A stretch of DNA of 58,727 nt, filler included, from Sphacelaria rigidula (lineage: Eukaryota), in assembly GCA_964200075.2 (NCBI GenBank). It is 6 parts of 6 records of this genome, joined end to end, with 100 filler letters (N's around TTAATTAATTAA, not from the genome) between each part and the next. Parts side by side here need not be neighbours in the genome. Positions count along the whole stretch, not along the records: positions 1 to 9,705 come from CAXNAA020007925.1; positions 9,806 to 19,510 come from CAXNAA020007926.1; 4 more parts are not named here. One strand, written 5' to 3'. This document shows positions 1-12,775 of the stretch, piece by piece; positions within the stretch are counted from its first letter, which is position 1; the number at the start of each line of letters is the position of its first letter. The notes under the pieces were generated by a model, which was given only the letters and a program-made list of their open reading frames with translations, had not been told where the DNA came from and did not search any database. Made by a program: the position numbers and the translations under genes.

Positions 1-3000
1 GTGTGGCAAGGTGATAGGGACAATATTCAAGGCCACAAGTGGCGGGCGGCGGTTGCCACATCCTGTTGAAAGCTTTCCATCACGATTGATACTGCTTGAT
101 ACATCTGTACATTGCCTGATGCGCGCACCCGAATTTTAGTACAGACAATTTGTACCTGAAAATAGGTTGGATGAAACTTTCGGTCTTCATCTAAACCTGT
201 CGTTACATACATTCGTTGATTTTCAGCAACATGAAGCCACTGTTTCATGCGTATGCAGGACACGTCATTCCTTACCAGCCTCGTTGGTCGTTGTGGAGGC
301 CCAGTCCCGAAAGGGTTAATCGATAGAAAATAACCACCATGATCGGTAAAAGCCTAGTCGTGGCTGGGTTAGGTGATTCCCATCATGAAGTGGTCCAAGG
401 CTTTTCTTGTATCCAACCATCAGGCGTCGACGGATAAACACCGGAGTCTCGACAGTTCTTTTTCAGTGTACGTCATGCGGACGAAGGATTGGCTTATAAA
501 TTTTCTCGAGCACCGGAGCTATTTTTGGAATCACAGCGCTGGTCAATATTTCGACACCCATAATCTCGACGTTCCTGCTGACCAGTCCCTTCTCCACTTG
601 CGAGCACCACACCCCAAATGCTAACAAATTTCAATTCGGTGCTTTACAACCCCCGACTCACGTATAGGGGTAGTGTTTTGTGTTGAGGTAACACGTTACA
701 GTGAATACAAAGCCACTCAGTCAGCTCAGGTGTCATCATGATATCTAAACGACAGCTACTCCCGCAGTCCGTTCAAGCCGATAAACTTGTATACGATCGG
801 GCCCGAATCTCGCCCCAGAGTTGTAGTCCCTGTGATCAGCGTTGCTTCTATATATGTCCGATTTATTATGCTTACTATTGCGTAGAGCGTTTGCACCTGG
901 GTGTGTTCCTCCCTGCCTCTTGCGCAATGAAGTCAGTCAAGAATGATCATGGGGGGAAGTCGAACCCCGGGGTTGACTCTTGTCGACATAATAAAAACAC
1001 TTGGAAATTTTGCAAAGCTCATTTTTTTTCCTCACACTTTGAACCTCTCCCCTTCCTCGAGATGAGTCCGTGGTCTTAAGGGATCAATCCATCTCTCCCC
1101 CGGTACGTGCTTTTCATTTTGATCTCGCGGATTGGATCACACTCCCGCACCTCGTCAACTCACGCCACACCAACCCAGTCGACTACTTTTGTTTACTAAC
1201 ATTTCCACGCTTTCCACGGTGACATTATCCTTCGCCTATTCTTCGGTGCTATATGTAGAACCAATCTATGATATCCAACAATTGAGGGGTCACAAATGGA
1301 TCGGATCCGTGAGGTTGAATTTTTCCGCCTCACCACGGGTGTTATACGGGGTATACCATCCCCATGGCGATAAGGGGCCCAACCTCCTCTTCCTTTCGTA
1401 CGAATGCGGCAGCCAAGCCACCGGGGGTCTCGCCTTTCAGGAGTATCTCTTCGATATCTTCTCATGCGCGGGATCTTCAAGGCGGCATGGCGCCGTACTT
1501 CATAGAGTAATTCGTTGAGAAAGGGGGGGAGTCAGCTTCGTTGATCGCGGTTGGTGATGGGCCTACCTGAACCGAGATCATTCATTCTACCGTGCGCGGT
1601 CCAAGTACAGCATAAGAGTGAAATACAGCACAGCGCATGACGCAGTAGATGCACACCTTCTACTAATTAGCATTCGCCGTCAACGCAGCCCGTGGTTCAT
1701 TTCTATCCGAGTAAATAATGATGCCCCTTCCGCAATAAGCCTATGTGGATGTCCCTTGCTCTTTATTTGCCATTCCAGTGTGTAGGGCTGACTTGAGTAT
1801 AATAATACGTACAGACAGTTCTACACGAACTCCAGTCCCCATCAGAAAGCGAAAGCATGCATACTGCATCGAAGCACTTGCTCGTCGGATTGCCTCTGAA
1901 ACAGCGCTATTTGGGTGGTCTTTTTAGCTCCACAGCGTGCTGTGTCGTTGATACTCCTGCCACACGTCTACGGGACCGGCGCTGTTTCGTGCACCATTGT
2001 GCTGTCTGTTGTACTTTAACTGGGTCATACTCTCTTTTGTGAAATGGAAAGATGGTGCGAATTGGCGTCCACCCCAATATGCGGGCCCCTTGCCAGAACT
2101 AGTGCACACATCAAGGAAGCACAGATCTGCGCCAAACGCAGCGTTCCTTGTGTCGCCTACACCATCAACCCTGCGATACACTCCACATCTGCGCTACAAG
2201 TGCAAGGACGCTGCACCATGTTTGATAGCACAACAGCACAGACCCTCTACACTCGAGTTACAGATAGTTTTCAAGTGTAGAACATACACAATACCCGTAT
2301 ACTATATACAGGACTGAATCGAGATTCTAGCAGGGCAGGAACAACGTCGTCAACAGTTCGTACAATACTACACATCGCAGTACTTTCTTATGCCCAGCTT
2401 ATACGTAAAATGAATGTAAACGGTAAAATCTGAATCTGCACAATGTTTGCGGGCGTCAGATTGCCCCAAAAGCACGTCGTGTCTAGCGTGGCTTGCCCAC
2501 TCTCTGAGGAGCTCCGGACCAAACCGGAAACCGCCACTGACTGACGCTGATACCAGACTCTTCTATTCTGGCATTGCAATCTCAGACCAGGAGTACATGC
2601 ATCTTCTCAAGCATTGGAACCTCACACCAATTTTGAAGCACCCATCGTAGTAGGACTTACCTGTATAATAAGCAAGACCCTCGGGTTGACTACCGTCGTC
2701 CCCTCTTCACCGAGCGAGTGTGTTTTGTTGCTCAGGTTGCTGCTCTTAGTCAAATGATATGTCAATATTTAATATCGTCGAACTTAGCCTTGATCATAAT
2801 TTAATAATCGAAATACAAAATAATCTACGGTTACCAATGACCGTCCATTCATTTTATAGCTCACACAATGTAATTTATTTCATTTAAAATCTTAATTTAA
2901 CTATGAACTATATATTCCTTCAAGCTATCTTATGTAAATGTCTTGCTTTCACCAATGTGTACCCCAACGTACACCGCTTGAAGATCAGCCTCAAAGGCTG

Positions 3001-6000
3001 CGGGTCTGCGCATCGAAATCGATAACACGCGACACAGAATCAGTAGGGAAGGCAACCGTGTTGTGCAAAATCCTAACACAACAGTAATCCCAACACGTTC
3101 CTGCAAGGAGGTAGCACCGGGAAAGTAAACACATAAGGGCATAGTGGTAATTTTCAAAGACATTTCCTTTCTAGCCCTCCCCTGTGCAGAATACCTATCG
3201 GGGCGAGAAATCCTGAAGTTTCTGGGGCAGAAGAAGGAGGCTTGCTGGAGGCAGCAGCCAAAGCAACAACCAGTACAGAGTGAGTTCAGGACGGAACAAG
3301 CAAACTGCAACGTATCGTCCGCTGAAGTGGGTTGAAAAGTCATGAAGGGCTTGCCGCCGTGGGCTGCTGCGAGCGTAGCGGCCCTCCTGACGGCATCGCA
3401 CGGTGCCTCGGCTAGAGGAGGCGATGGAAGAAGTGGTGTGACAGAAGCAGGTGGCTCGCTGTCTACTGCCGGTGCTCTCTCGGCTTCTTCCTTTGAGTCG
3501 CCGACAGGTACGCCCGGAGCAAGTGCGTTTCTTTCAACAGTTGTACACAACGCACGATACTGAATTGTAGATTTACACTCAAGGCGGGTTGGTTTGTGGT
3601 GTTGCGCTATGCTTTGCTTCAGTCTGAACGCAGACAGCCCCTCCAGACCTCATGCCTCAACTCTCAACAGCTTAAGCCCGACACCGTTTGAGAGATGCTT
3701 CACACTACACCACATCCATGCTCACAGCTAGGAAATGGAGGAAGAGGAATACGGAACATTTCGGCTATCCGTCTAACGCAGGCCCCGAAGGTGGCGTCAG
3801 GGCGCTTACAAATCTTATCTGTACTGTCGATGCCCTGTACAGAATGTTTTAACGTTTCCATTAGAGGTGATGCGATGGAGGCGATATCATTTTCTTGAGC
3901 GTGCCGAGGCATGTAAATGTTGGGAACGCAACATACAACGTATACCCATTCCCTCTTGCTCGCTCTCCGGGGTGAACAAAGTGGGAGCGGGGGTGGTGGG
4001 ACAGCAAGGTCCATACCGGTACGCTACTGTACTGTTGTACCCGCCGGTGGAGTCCCTTACTCACTGACCATACGGCACCCACAAGGCCCGTTGCGTACGC
4101 GAGAGGCACGAATATGATCACATATCCTCGTTATCAAGAGATGAAGTCACCAGAATGATTCGTGCTGTCAACCGCAGTACGGAAGGCGTCCAGTATCTCT
4201 GAGCAGCGCAGCGTAGTCTGCGGTCTATACTGGCCATCCTGGACGCATGCGCTTTCTTGGCAATTGCGCTGAACGCCGCGCAGGTGTTCATGTTTTACAT
4301 CGGTGGGGTGTTTTTCTGAGCTGTGCGAAACCAAGGTGTTTTTGGTGGAACAAACGAAGAAAGCCGACCGCCCCGCACGAAACACTTGCGTCTTCTTCTA
4401 AGCAAACTTAGCCCTTTGACCGCGAGGGTGAGTCGCCTGCTTAGTCGGCATCAATTTTCACTTGAAGAAAGTATGCATGATCCAGATGAACTACCCGCAC
4501 CGCGGTCTAGGGATTGATACATGTCTCCCCAATGTCTTCCTTACGAAATGCCATGCAACTCAGTATCGACTGCAGTATCTCAAGGGAGAAAACAGAGGGG
4601 GGAGGGATTCAAAGACACGAATTCGCGACAGTGGTCCAAAACAGCCGAAGTACAGTATACGTGTGGTGTCTCGTTGTGTGCTTTTTTGGTCGTGGTGTTG
4701 CTGACGTGCACAACACTGACGACAGACACACAGGAGTATAGGAACATGTAGTCTGCACTTATTTTACATCTCCATCGCAGTGGTCGTGGCAGCTACGTGT
4801 CGTTTTTTTATGTACTGTTGTTATACACGAAGTATCTAACTACGCACTCGTAGTGTTGTGGTCGCTGACACCGACTCTTCAAATCTTGCGCGAGTTATGC
4901 CACTGATAATTTTTCTCCGGTAGGCTGAGAGTCTGTCTGAAGAACATGCGTCATGAGCGTATGAGCGTCCCCTCGTTTGCTTCCTCCACGTGACGTAATG
5001 CTCATGAATTTTGTTCGCGCGTTGCGGCACCGATAGAGGTAACTAAAGTGCATTTGGAGATTTGAAGATTTTCGCGCGAAGCGCGATCATGACCGAGCGT
5101 TCATTAATCGGCACTCGGCAAAATTGAGAACTTGTCTGAAATCAGACGAAGAACTATCACATGGGATGTGTATCCTGTTCCACTGTGCTGCAGCACAAAC
5201 ACTCTCACGTCCTCTCTCGTGTGCTGTAGCTGTCACTTCGCTGCGTTTTCAGACATTGCGGAGACGAATTGGTTCCCGCTGGGACTGACTGCCTGAGTTG
5301 CTTCATTGCTGTTGCGTTCGTCTCTACAAAAAATATTATCAGTCGGCACGTAGTGCTGTCCACACACTGTTGAAAGCTTCATGGTATGGTGGCTGTTTCG
5401 TCTTCCGTGAAATGAACGAGGCGCTTCCTACACCCGTCATTTCTATGCGGTAGTTGCCGCTGTGCTGTTTGTGCATTTTAACACTCTACGACGAACATGG
5501 TGTGCTGTGCGCTGGAGAGTGCCTCAACCGTTGCACTGCTGCATGCCGTGTTTCGGTCTGCACAGAAATGGGGTGGGACCAAAGTGATGTCTAAAGAAAG
5601 TTGAAACAACATACGTTACCTAAGTTGTAGTCGGGTGCTGTGATCGGGGAAGACACGCGAGGCGGGCGCGTGCATGTTGGGGGAAACAAATTGAGCCAGC
5701 ACGGAGCTGCTGTATCCTCAGCGATTGATGGTAGCAGTTGTCTGTCTCGCAGCGGCGCAATGTGTGGGCCAATCAAAGCTATTTTGCCACTCATATGTCA
5801 CTTGTTTCTCTCATCTAATCGGTGAAAGGTTGCCGCATTGTCGTACATTGAAAGGCTCTGATTGGTCCCATATTCCTTGCCCCAATCTGTAGGCCCTGTC
5901 CCTGAAAGTATACACGGCGACATATTTGACTCTACTGTTGTGCTGGAGTACTCGAGAAACTCTGTCGTGTCCTCCTCGTTTTCCTGGGTTACCTCAGCCT

Positions 6001-9000
6001 CGTTTCCCTACAAGGTACGAATGTAAGGCGACGCGATGCCGAAATCTTAGTTTGCGGCTCGATATATTGTCGGTATATTTCCGATATCGTGAGTGAACTC
6101 CTTCAGCGCCCAAAGCTTTCTGTTCCGAGAATCCTACCTGACAATCCCGTCGGCGTTTAGTGGCGATTGTACGCGTTACGTGAAGGGTCTGCTTCAGTAT
6201 GCGGGGAGAAGTGTTTGCTGAGCCGGAACATTTTTTTGGTTTCAAACCGTCAAATCGATGCGTTATTCAGGGGGGGAACGGGGATATGATCAAAGTATAC
6301 ATGAAAAGACAAAAAGCAGGTCACAGCGGGTATCACTTAGCACCCCGTGCTACTACTCTAGTGCGAGATTGAGCGCCGAACAACTGCTGTAGGGCGTGTC
6401 CAACGAGGGTATTGCACACAAAGATGGAGTCCCCGACGTGCTCCCTTTTTTCGGTTAATTTGTAACCAGATTTATGGTGAGATATCTTCATACCTACTCT
6501 AGCCGTGACCCAGCGACAAGACGGCCTTTCAAGCAGTTTTGATCAGATGTATTCTGCTGCTGCATGAAAACATGGGCAATGCTCGCCCACGAGAAGTGAC
6601 GTCTCTCTCTCTCTCAGTTATTGCTCTACGAACGACCTGGAAGTGTTATACAACAGGTTATGTTCCAGGCCGTGTTTTTTGTCTCGAGGCCACATGTGCG
6701 ATACTGATCCCGTAGGGTCGAAAACGCATACCCATATCACTAGAAACCCTATTTTCGCCTCGGTCGTAGGATAGCAACACTTTCTTCTTTCCATGACGTT
6801 CGTTGGAGTCCAAACCCGGCGTACGTACTTACAAGCAATGTCCCAGTCGAACAGATGCCCTGTTTGGCCTCGGGTACACGTATGTTAGCCCCCCTACGTG
6901 CGTTTGTGTGTGTGCGGGGGGGGGAGGGGGGGGGGGGTAAATGGAGACCCTAAATGGGCACATTTGACACCTGAAAATAAGGACGACGAGCTCTCTCTCG
7001 GAAATCGAAGGCCCTAGTGCGCCCTTAGGACACCCACAAATCTTATTCAACCCTGAAGGTATTTGTAGAAAGCCGCAAATGTGCGCAATGGTGAATTTCC
7101 CCCGCCCTGCTGCGGTGTAGATGACTGCTGTTACACCGCTTTTCTTGGTGACATCCTCAAGGCCTTTTTGTTGTGGACCAAGTCTGTCAACGGTTTGTTG
7201 CGACACTGCCCTGAGGCTTTGCACCCCCCCCTTCTTCATCTGCAGTACCTTCGGCCATGGCTCCGTTGACCTTTGATTCTACAGTAAAATCCGGCGTGTT
7301 GAACTCCAAAACTTGGAATCCGGGGGGATTTCTATAGGAATCTAAATCCAGGATACATGTGGTTGCACCGCAGTTTGCGAACCGTGACGTGGTTTGTGAG
7401 CAAACCCGTAAATCGCTCGTTTTTGTAGTCTCTGGGCTCTAATTCAGACAGAAACATGAAAGAAAAAAATGAAATGGGGAGGGGGGGGTATGGCAAGCGT
7501 ATACAAGAGCCAGTTGAGCAAACGGGTTGAGATTTTGGGGGTGCTTGTATGACACAGAAAAACTCTCGAACTTGTATCTGCCCGTGCTCTATCAGCTCTA
7601 TGGCCGCTCCAGCAACACCTGCGTATCTCGCGGAGATTGCCATCATTGACTTGAAAAATAGCAGAAGAAACGCTGCGAGGGACAAGGGTGCCCCCGGAGG
7701 GTACTGCTCGGAAGACCCGCCTCCGGTGTATGCCATACCACATGCATTGGTGGTACGGTCGCCGCTCACGATGGTCTCCACCCACCCAGAATGTATGGTG
7801 CTCTGACTCATCTCCACACGTATATCGTTTACTGCACCTCTGTACTGAGCCTATTGCCACTACTATTATGCCGAGCATGTCAACCCCCCACTCCCCCTTC
7901 GACCCCCAATCGTTCTCTACGGCAGAACGGTCGCCAGCAGCGGATGTGGTTCGCTTACGAGAAGGCATTTTAGGTGTAGACGTTGTTCACAAAATCGCCA
8001 AGACCTACCTCGGCGGCGGCCCCGACGTGAGCGGGAGCGAGGAAGCTGCTGAGGGGCAAGGACCAACTGGCGTCGCGATGGTGAGGCAGATGGAAGGAAG
8101 AATACCATACAGCGGAGGCGCGCGGTGGGGACGGGGAGGGCAGGGAGTGTTTTCATCTGTTTCCTTGGTCACTATTTGATCATTGATCATGCATCCCTTT
8201 TGAAACGGAGCACCGTTTCTTCTCTCTAGTAGAGACACCTCCAACGCTTGGGGCGCTCATTACGTTTTTTTCCCCCCCATACATCGCATGAGAATCTTTC
8301 TACTTATCTTTCCCACTTCATGTTTCGTCGTCTGTGGCCATCTATCTCGTGTAGTGATTGTCTGTCGGTGCTACTTACTATACCGAACGATTTCATGTCA
8401 CATTCATTTACACATATCTCATGTTAACACATCCCGTTCCTCCTTGTATAGTTTGATACCCGGGACAAGAGATTGCGTTGTCAAGAACTGTTCTGCGTAC
8501 ACAGTATGAAATCCATTGTCTATCTCAATACACGCAGTAGTCGATTTTGTACGCAGTACACTTTTTTATACTGTCATCTATTGTCATTCTTCAGCGTGTA
8601 CGTAGTCCATGACGGGGGAGGGGGAGTTCTGTTCTCGGAAGTGTTGATATTTCTACAGACGGGACACATCATGTTGTCAAACCACCTGTACCGTGACTTC
8701 ACCAACCCCTCCATTCCCCCACGAGACTGGACTTTGAATTGAACCCTGCTTCGTCTCACCACTCTTTTGTACGTAGTCCTTATGGTGTGAATGAGAGTCA
8801 TGTATAGCTTGACCTTGACGCCGATGTAGGGAAGATTCACGTGTAGCGGGTACTAGCTGATGTTACCTAGGAGTGTGGGTGCACAGGCGACAGCTTGTAA
8901 CGCCCTGGGGAATCGCAGGATGTACGCATGTGATTTCTCGTGGGTTAGAGATCGTCTACAGTAGTATTGTTGTGACGCAAGATGTGGAGCCGTGAACTAA

Positions 9001-9497
9001 ACAGGGAAAGGTGAGGGGGGGGACTGCAAACACCGCCAATCCAGTGAGGAGTATGGCGGTAACACGGGCAGAGGTGGGGAATGACCGTGCAAGATGAGCG
9101 GATCTGGGGCTTGTAAGTAGGCATCTGCAGGTATGACGGTGGGATGGGACGCCACAGCACCCCCCGTCCCCAGTAAATTCGTTGAGATCCGACGCTGCAC
9201 TGCACTTGAGAGCTGCGCCGTGTTTGATTCATTATGGTTTAAACTTACCTGCACTCAATATTGTGCGCTTGAGAATTTCCGGATGATGAATGCAGTTAAT
9301 TCTTGATTCGGTTTTGTTTCGGGGCATGTCGAATAAGATCACAAAAGAATCTCGCTGCATCGATCAGTATGTATCCATTCATTCATATATTCATGCACTC
9401 ATTGTTGACCCGTTCTGTGACGGAGATGTGAAATAAGTATGTTTCTCGTTGCCCCCATGGATGGAGAGATAAAAAGCTAGAATTCCCCCCCCCCCCC

Positions 9498-9623
9498 GCT
9501 GCTCTTCGCGCTTGGTGATTAAGTGCGAGCCTGGTCCGGCGTAAATCCGGCGTGCTCCGTCCCGGCTTTGAAGGGATGCGAGGTCAATGGTTTTATGACT
9601 ATGACATGCACGATGATGAGTAC
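9498..9623 (+). mobile_element. C-tract-associated short retroposon, 5'-truncated 3' end
   Basis: Aligns to 39890-40015 (cctggtccggc...gtgctcc.tccc.gctttg.aggga.gcgaggtcaa...atgagtac); C-rich tracts on both sides. Confidence 0.75.
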
Positions 9624-9647
9624 ACCGCCCCCCGCCCCACACCTCTA

Positions 9648-9696
9648 GACTCTTGGGTTGGCGTCGAGTGGCAACGGCGCTGTAAAACAAGCCACC
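9648..9696 (+). mobile_element. Same retroposon family, 5' segment (cut by scaffold end)
   Basis: ttgggttggcgtc...cgctgtaaaacaagccacc matches 39317-39362 and the reverse complement of 29659-29703. Confidence 0.6.
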
Positions 9697-9705
9697 AAAA
9701 CCTAG

Positions 9706-9805
9706 NNNNNNNNNNNNNNNNNNNNNNNNNNNNNNNNNNNNNNNNNNNNTTAATTAATTAANNNNNNNNNNNNNNNNNNNNNNNNNNNNNNNNNNNNNNN
9801 NNNNN
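9706..9805. other. Artificial scaffold-joining linker (N44-TTAATTAATTAA-N44)
   Basis: 44 N + TTAATTAATTAA (stop codons in all six frames) + 44 N; the identical linker recurs five times. Confidence 0.99.
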
Positions 9806-10214
9806 TGAGCTACCCTCCGAGCCGGACCATCTGCTCCTACTGCTTACCTTTGGTGAGAACAGTGTGCTGGGCGATCAAGGGAATAATCAATGAGAGTAAA
9901 AAGATATCAAGCCTTTGAGCCCCCTTTGTTTGTTTGCTACTGTGACCAACGGTCACGTGAATCGCCACGCGTTTATTTGCAGCTTGTTTTACTCGGACAC
10001 ATTGCACCTTGTGCATCTTACAAGCATGCAGTGCATTGATCTATCAAGGAAGGTGTGTGGAGCTTGTTCACACATATCCCCATTACACTGGCATCGACGG
10101 TTGGTCGTGTCTTGCTTGGTTTTTCAGTAGCCCACGCGTATTCTAATAGCCTTGTTGCCTCGTCTAGGTGTCACTTTCTGTAGCCCACGTTTGCTGCCCC
10201 TCACTTTTGGTCCA

Positions 10215-10640
10215 AACACGCGATCTTACAAATTGGGGATGGATTTTTTATTGGGGATGAAAAACCCGGAGGATTCAAATCTTCGTATCCACACCAAATC
10301 TTCGAAACATGGTCGCATTTCTTCACCTGCTGATGGCTATTGACAACTGCTACACGCCAAAGAAAGTTGGATTTCGATAACCGAAACGTTGGGGTCCTGG
10401 GTCAAAAATCAATTTGGAGGAATTCCGGCTGTCCGAACGGACGCCAAAATGGTTCCGAAATTATCTTTTGACCTAGGACCCCAAAATTTTGGTGGTCGAA
10501 ATCAAAATCTCTACGGCGTGTTGCAGTTGTCAACAGCTATCAGTAGGTGAAGAAATGGAACCACATTTCAAAGATTTGGTGTGGATACAAAGATTTTAAT
10601 TCTCCGGGTTTCTCATCCCCAATTTGTGAGATCCCGTGTT
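10215..10640. mobile_element. Long-TIR foldback MITE (AACAC...GTGTT termini)
   Basis: aacacgcgatcttacaaattggggatg ... catccccaatttgtgagatcccgtgtt, inverted arms roughly 170-190 bp; TCCA flanks both ends; homologous copy at 47227-47656. Confidence 0.85.
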
Positions 10641-11673
10641 TCCACCTGTATTTTTTCCCCTAGGTAGTAGCAGTTTCAACAGTCCTTCGTTTTCGTTTAG
10701 CTTTCAGAGTGTTTTTTCTTCTGTACTACAGTGCTGTCTTTCTGCATTCCTTCAGTTGTATCTCCGCCGCGCAACTCCACCGCAGCAGCAACAATTGAAA
10801 CCTGCCATTCGTCCTTCTCCTGCTTTGGTCGCTCCTTTTGCTGGGCCACACTCTTGATTTGCAGTGCCCTTGTTCTGTTGTCATCGTCCTTTTCAACCCC
10901 GCCCAGCGCTGTGTCAGCTGGCTTGTTGTAAACTCTTGCGGACAGTTGATACTATACCTTACTGAACCGCTACAGAACACGCCGCTTTCATCTTACCGCA
11001 AAAGCGACTGTACCTTCTCTCCTTGCAGGATGTTGACACTTGTGTGCCGCTGCTGTGTTTATAGTGCGGTGTCCTCTTACTCTTGACACTGACAGCTTTA
11101 GTGTCTTCGTACTTTTTCGGTGCGACAATTGCGTAGTCGCAACTGCAGCAGTATAGTAGTTGTGATAGCAGCGATTGCCGCTCCAGCGTGCAGCGTACTG
11201 TTGTAGTGCACACTATTTGTTCTTCCGCGCGATAACCTGCACCAACACAATTGATACATTTGGTGCTGTACGTCTCTCATCGCACCTCTCATCAGGTTTC
11301 TATCACACCTCCGCCCCGCTACTACATTTTTCGCTGGGTGAGCACTACGTGGTCAACTTTTCACCTTTGGGTCGTGCATTCCCCGACGCGCTTTTCATCT
11401 TTTGTGCGTGTACTGGTGAAAACATTGTTTTATCTTTCGCGCGGGTACTATCACACAGTTTCTTTTTTCCTTGTGGCCTTGCACAGCGTGTTCCACTTTT
11501 TCCTCTATGGTGCTCCACCAGCTGGATCGCTTTACGATCCCCTGATTTCTTGTTCGATTTCCGTATTCCCCTGTAGTCTTTTCAGCTTGGCGCCTGACCT
11601 GCACCAACCATTAGTGTTTCAGTCGGCTGCTACAGCTGTCTTCTCTTGGACCCCTGCCCTTGACTTCACTGTT

Positions 11674-11932
11674 GAGTGATGCTGCGATAGGGTCTGCACT
11701 TTCGGGGCCAAAACCGGCCTGATTCAGGGGTTCCTAACAATTAGGAACTACACAAGAATATGGGTCAGGATATCCCCGTTTGCAAATTCATTCGGGATAT
11801 CCCTAGCAAATTGGAAGAAAAACCCTGGCGTACTCTCCCCCATTTCGAAAGTCGTGTTTTGGATGAGATAAAGGGTTCCTAACAATTCTACCCTCAGGTC
11901 GTAAAAGTGCTGACCCTATCGCAGCATCACTC
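11674..11932. mobile_element. Sola2-like MITE (GAG...CTC termini, 4-bp TSD)
   Basis: TIR gagtgatgctgcgatagggtc / gaccctatcgcagcatcactc; perfect TGTT duplication at 11670-11673 and 11933-11936. Superfamily inferred from the GRG termini and 4-bp TSD. Confidence 0.85.
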
Positions 11933-12351
11933 TGTTCCGCACCCTCGCTGCCGCACTTTTGATTCTCTTTCTGTCTTGAATTTCACAGATATTTGCGCGT
12001 CGCCTCCCTTTCAGCAACGTGTTCTACACTAGTATTGGTGTCTACCTTCGTGCTCTCTGGTTGTGTTCTTCTGCACCTCCTGTGTGCAGTGTTGTACTTG
12101 CACCACTTAAATACCCTTGTCCAGCGTGTGCCTGGCCACTAAGTATCCCTGTCATATATTGACGTGCCCAGTGCGCTCGTCGGACATCTGTCCGAGTGTC
12201 TGTCTTCTTTCACAGTCGCCTCATTGTTAGGTTTTTCTCTTGCACCAAACCTCTCGTGTGACAACTGTTGGTTTTATCTGTGAGTTTGTTCCTTTGCGAC
12301 TATTTACACCTTTGGTACACCTTCAGTGCGCCCCCCCCCTACTCCCCCATA

Positions 12352-12448
12352 TTGCTCCCATACATATTTATACATACCCATATTGCTCCGTCTCGAAAGG
12401 GATGCGTGGTCAATGGTCAAATGACTAAGGCAAGCAACAAATGAGTAC
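12352..12448 (+). mobile_element. C-tract-associated retroposon, 5'-truncated copy with ~22-bp TSD
   Basis: Ends ggtcaatggtcaaatgactaaggcaagcaacaaatgagtac; flanked by the direct repeat cg(c)8-9tactcccccata at 12329-12351 and 12448-12469. Confidence 0.8.
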
Positions 12449-12775
12449 GCCCCCCCCTACTCCCCCATACACAGTTTCCTCTACCGGTGTCTTATTTCCG
12501 CCGCAATTCCTCCCTTTTCGGCGTTTAATAATCCCCACCTTCTTGCTCTGCTGTCTGCCTTTTCGGCACTCGGAATTGCCGAGATTACGCTGATTGTTAC
12601 TGTCACAGCAGTCTACTCTAGTTTGGTGTAACTCCGTTTATACAATTCTGTACTCTTTACTGCTTCATTTTGCAGCACTTACAAGTCTCCTGCCGAGCCT
12701 AGGCTACCTGCAATTTTTACACCAGACCTATTGTACTCTGGTGTCTGGCGTCCCTTTCTACCACCTCAATTTAAT

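Noticed and set aside
7332-9254. Several 130-170-aa ORFs in scaffold 1
   Set aside because: They overlap on both strands with no recognisable domain; they may be decayed retroelement DNA but cannot be assigned.
9552-9761. ORFs running into linkers (also 48972-49163 and the gap-spanning 39460-39690)
   Set aside because: They translate N runs and artificial sequence.
9806-12775. 5' LTR and PBS of Gypsy element 1
   Set aside because: No second LTR is available to define boundaries and no convincing PBS was seen.
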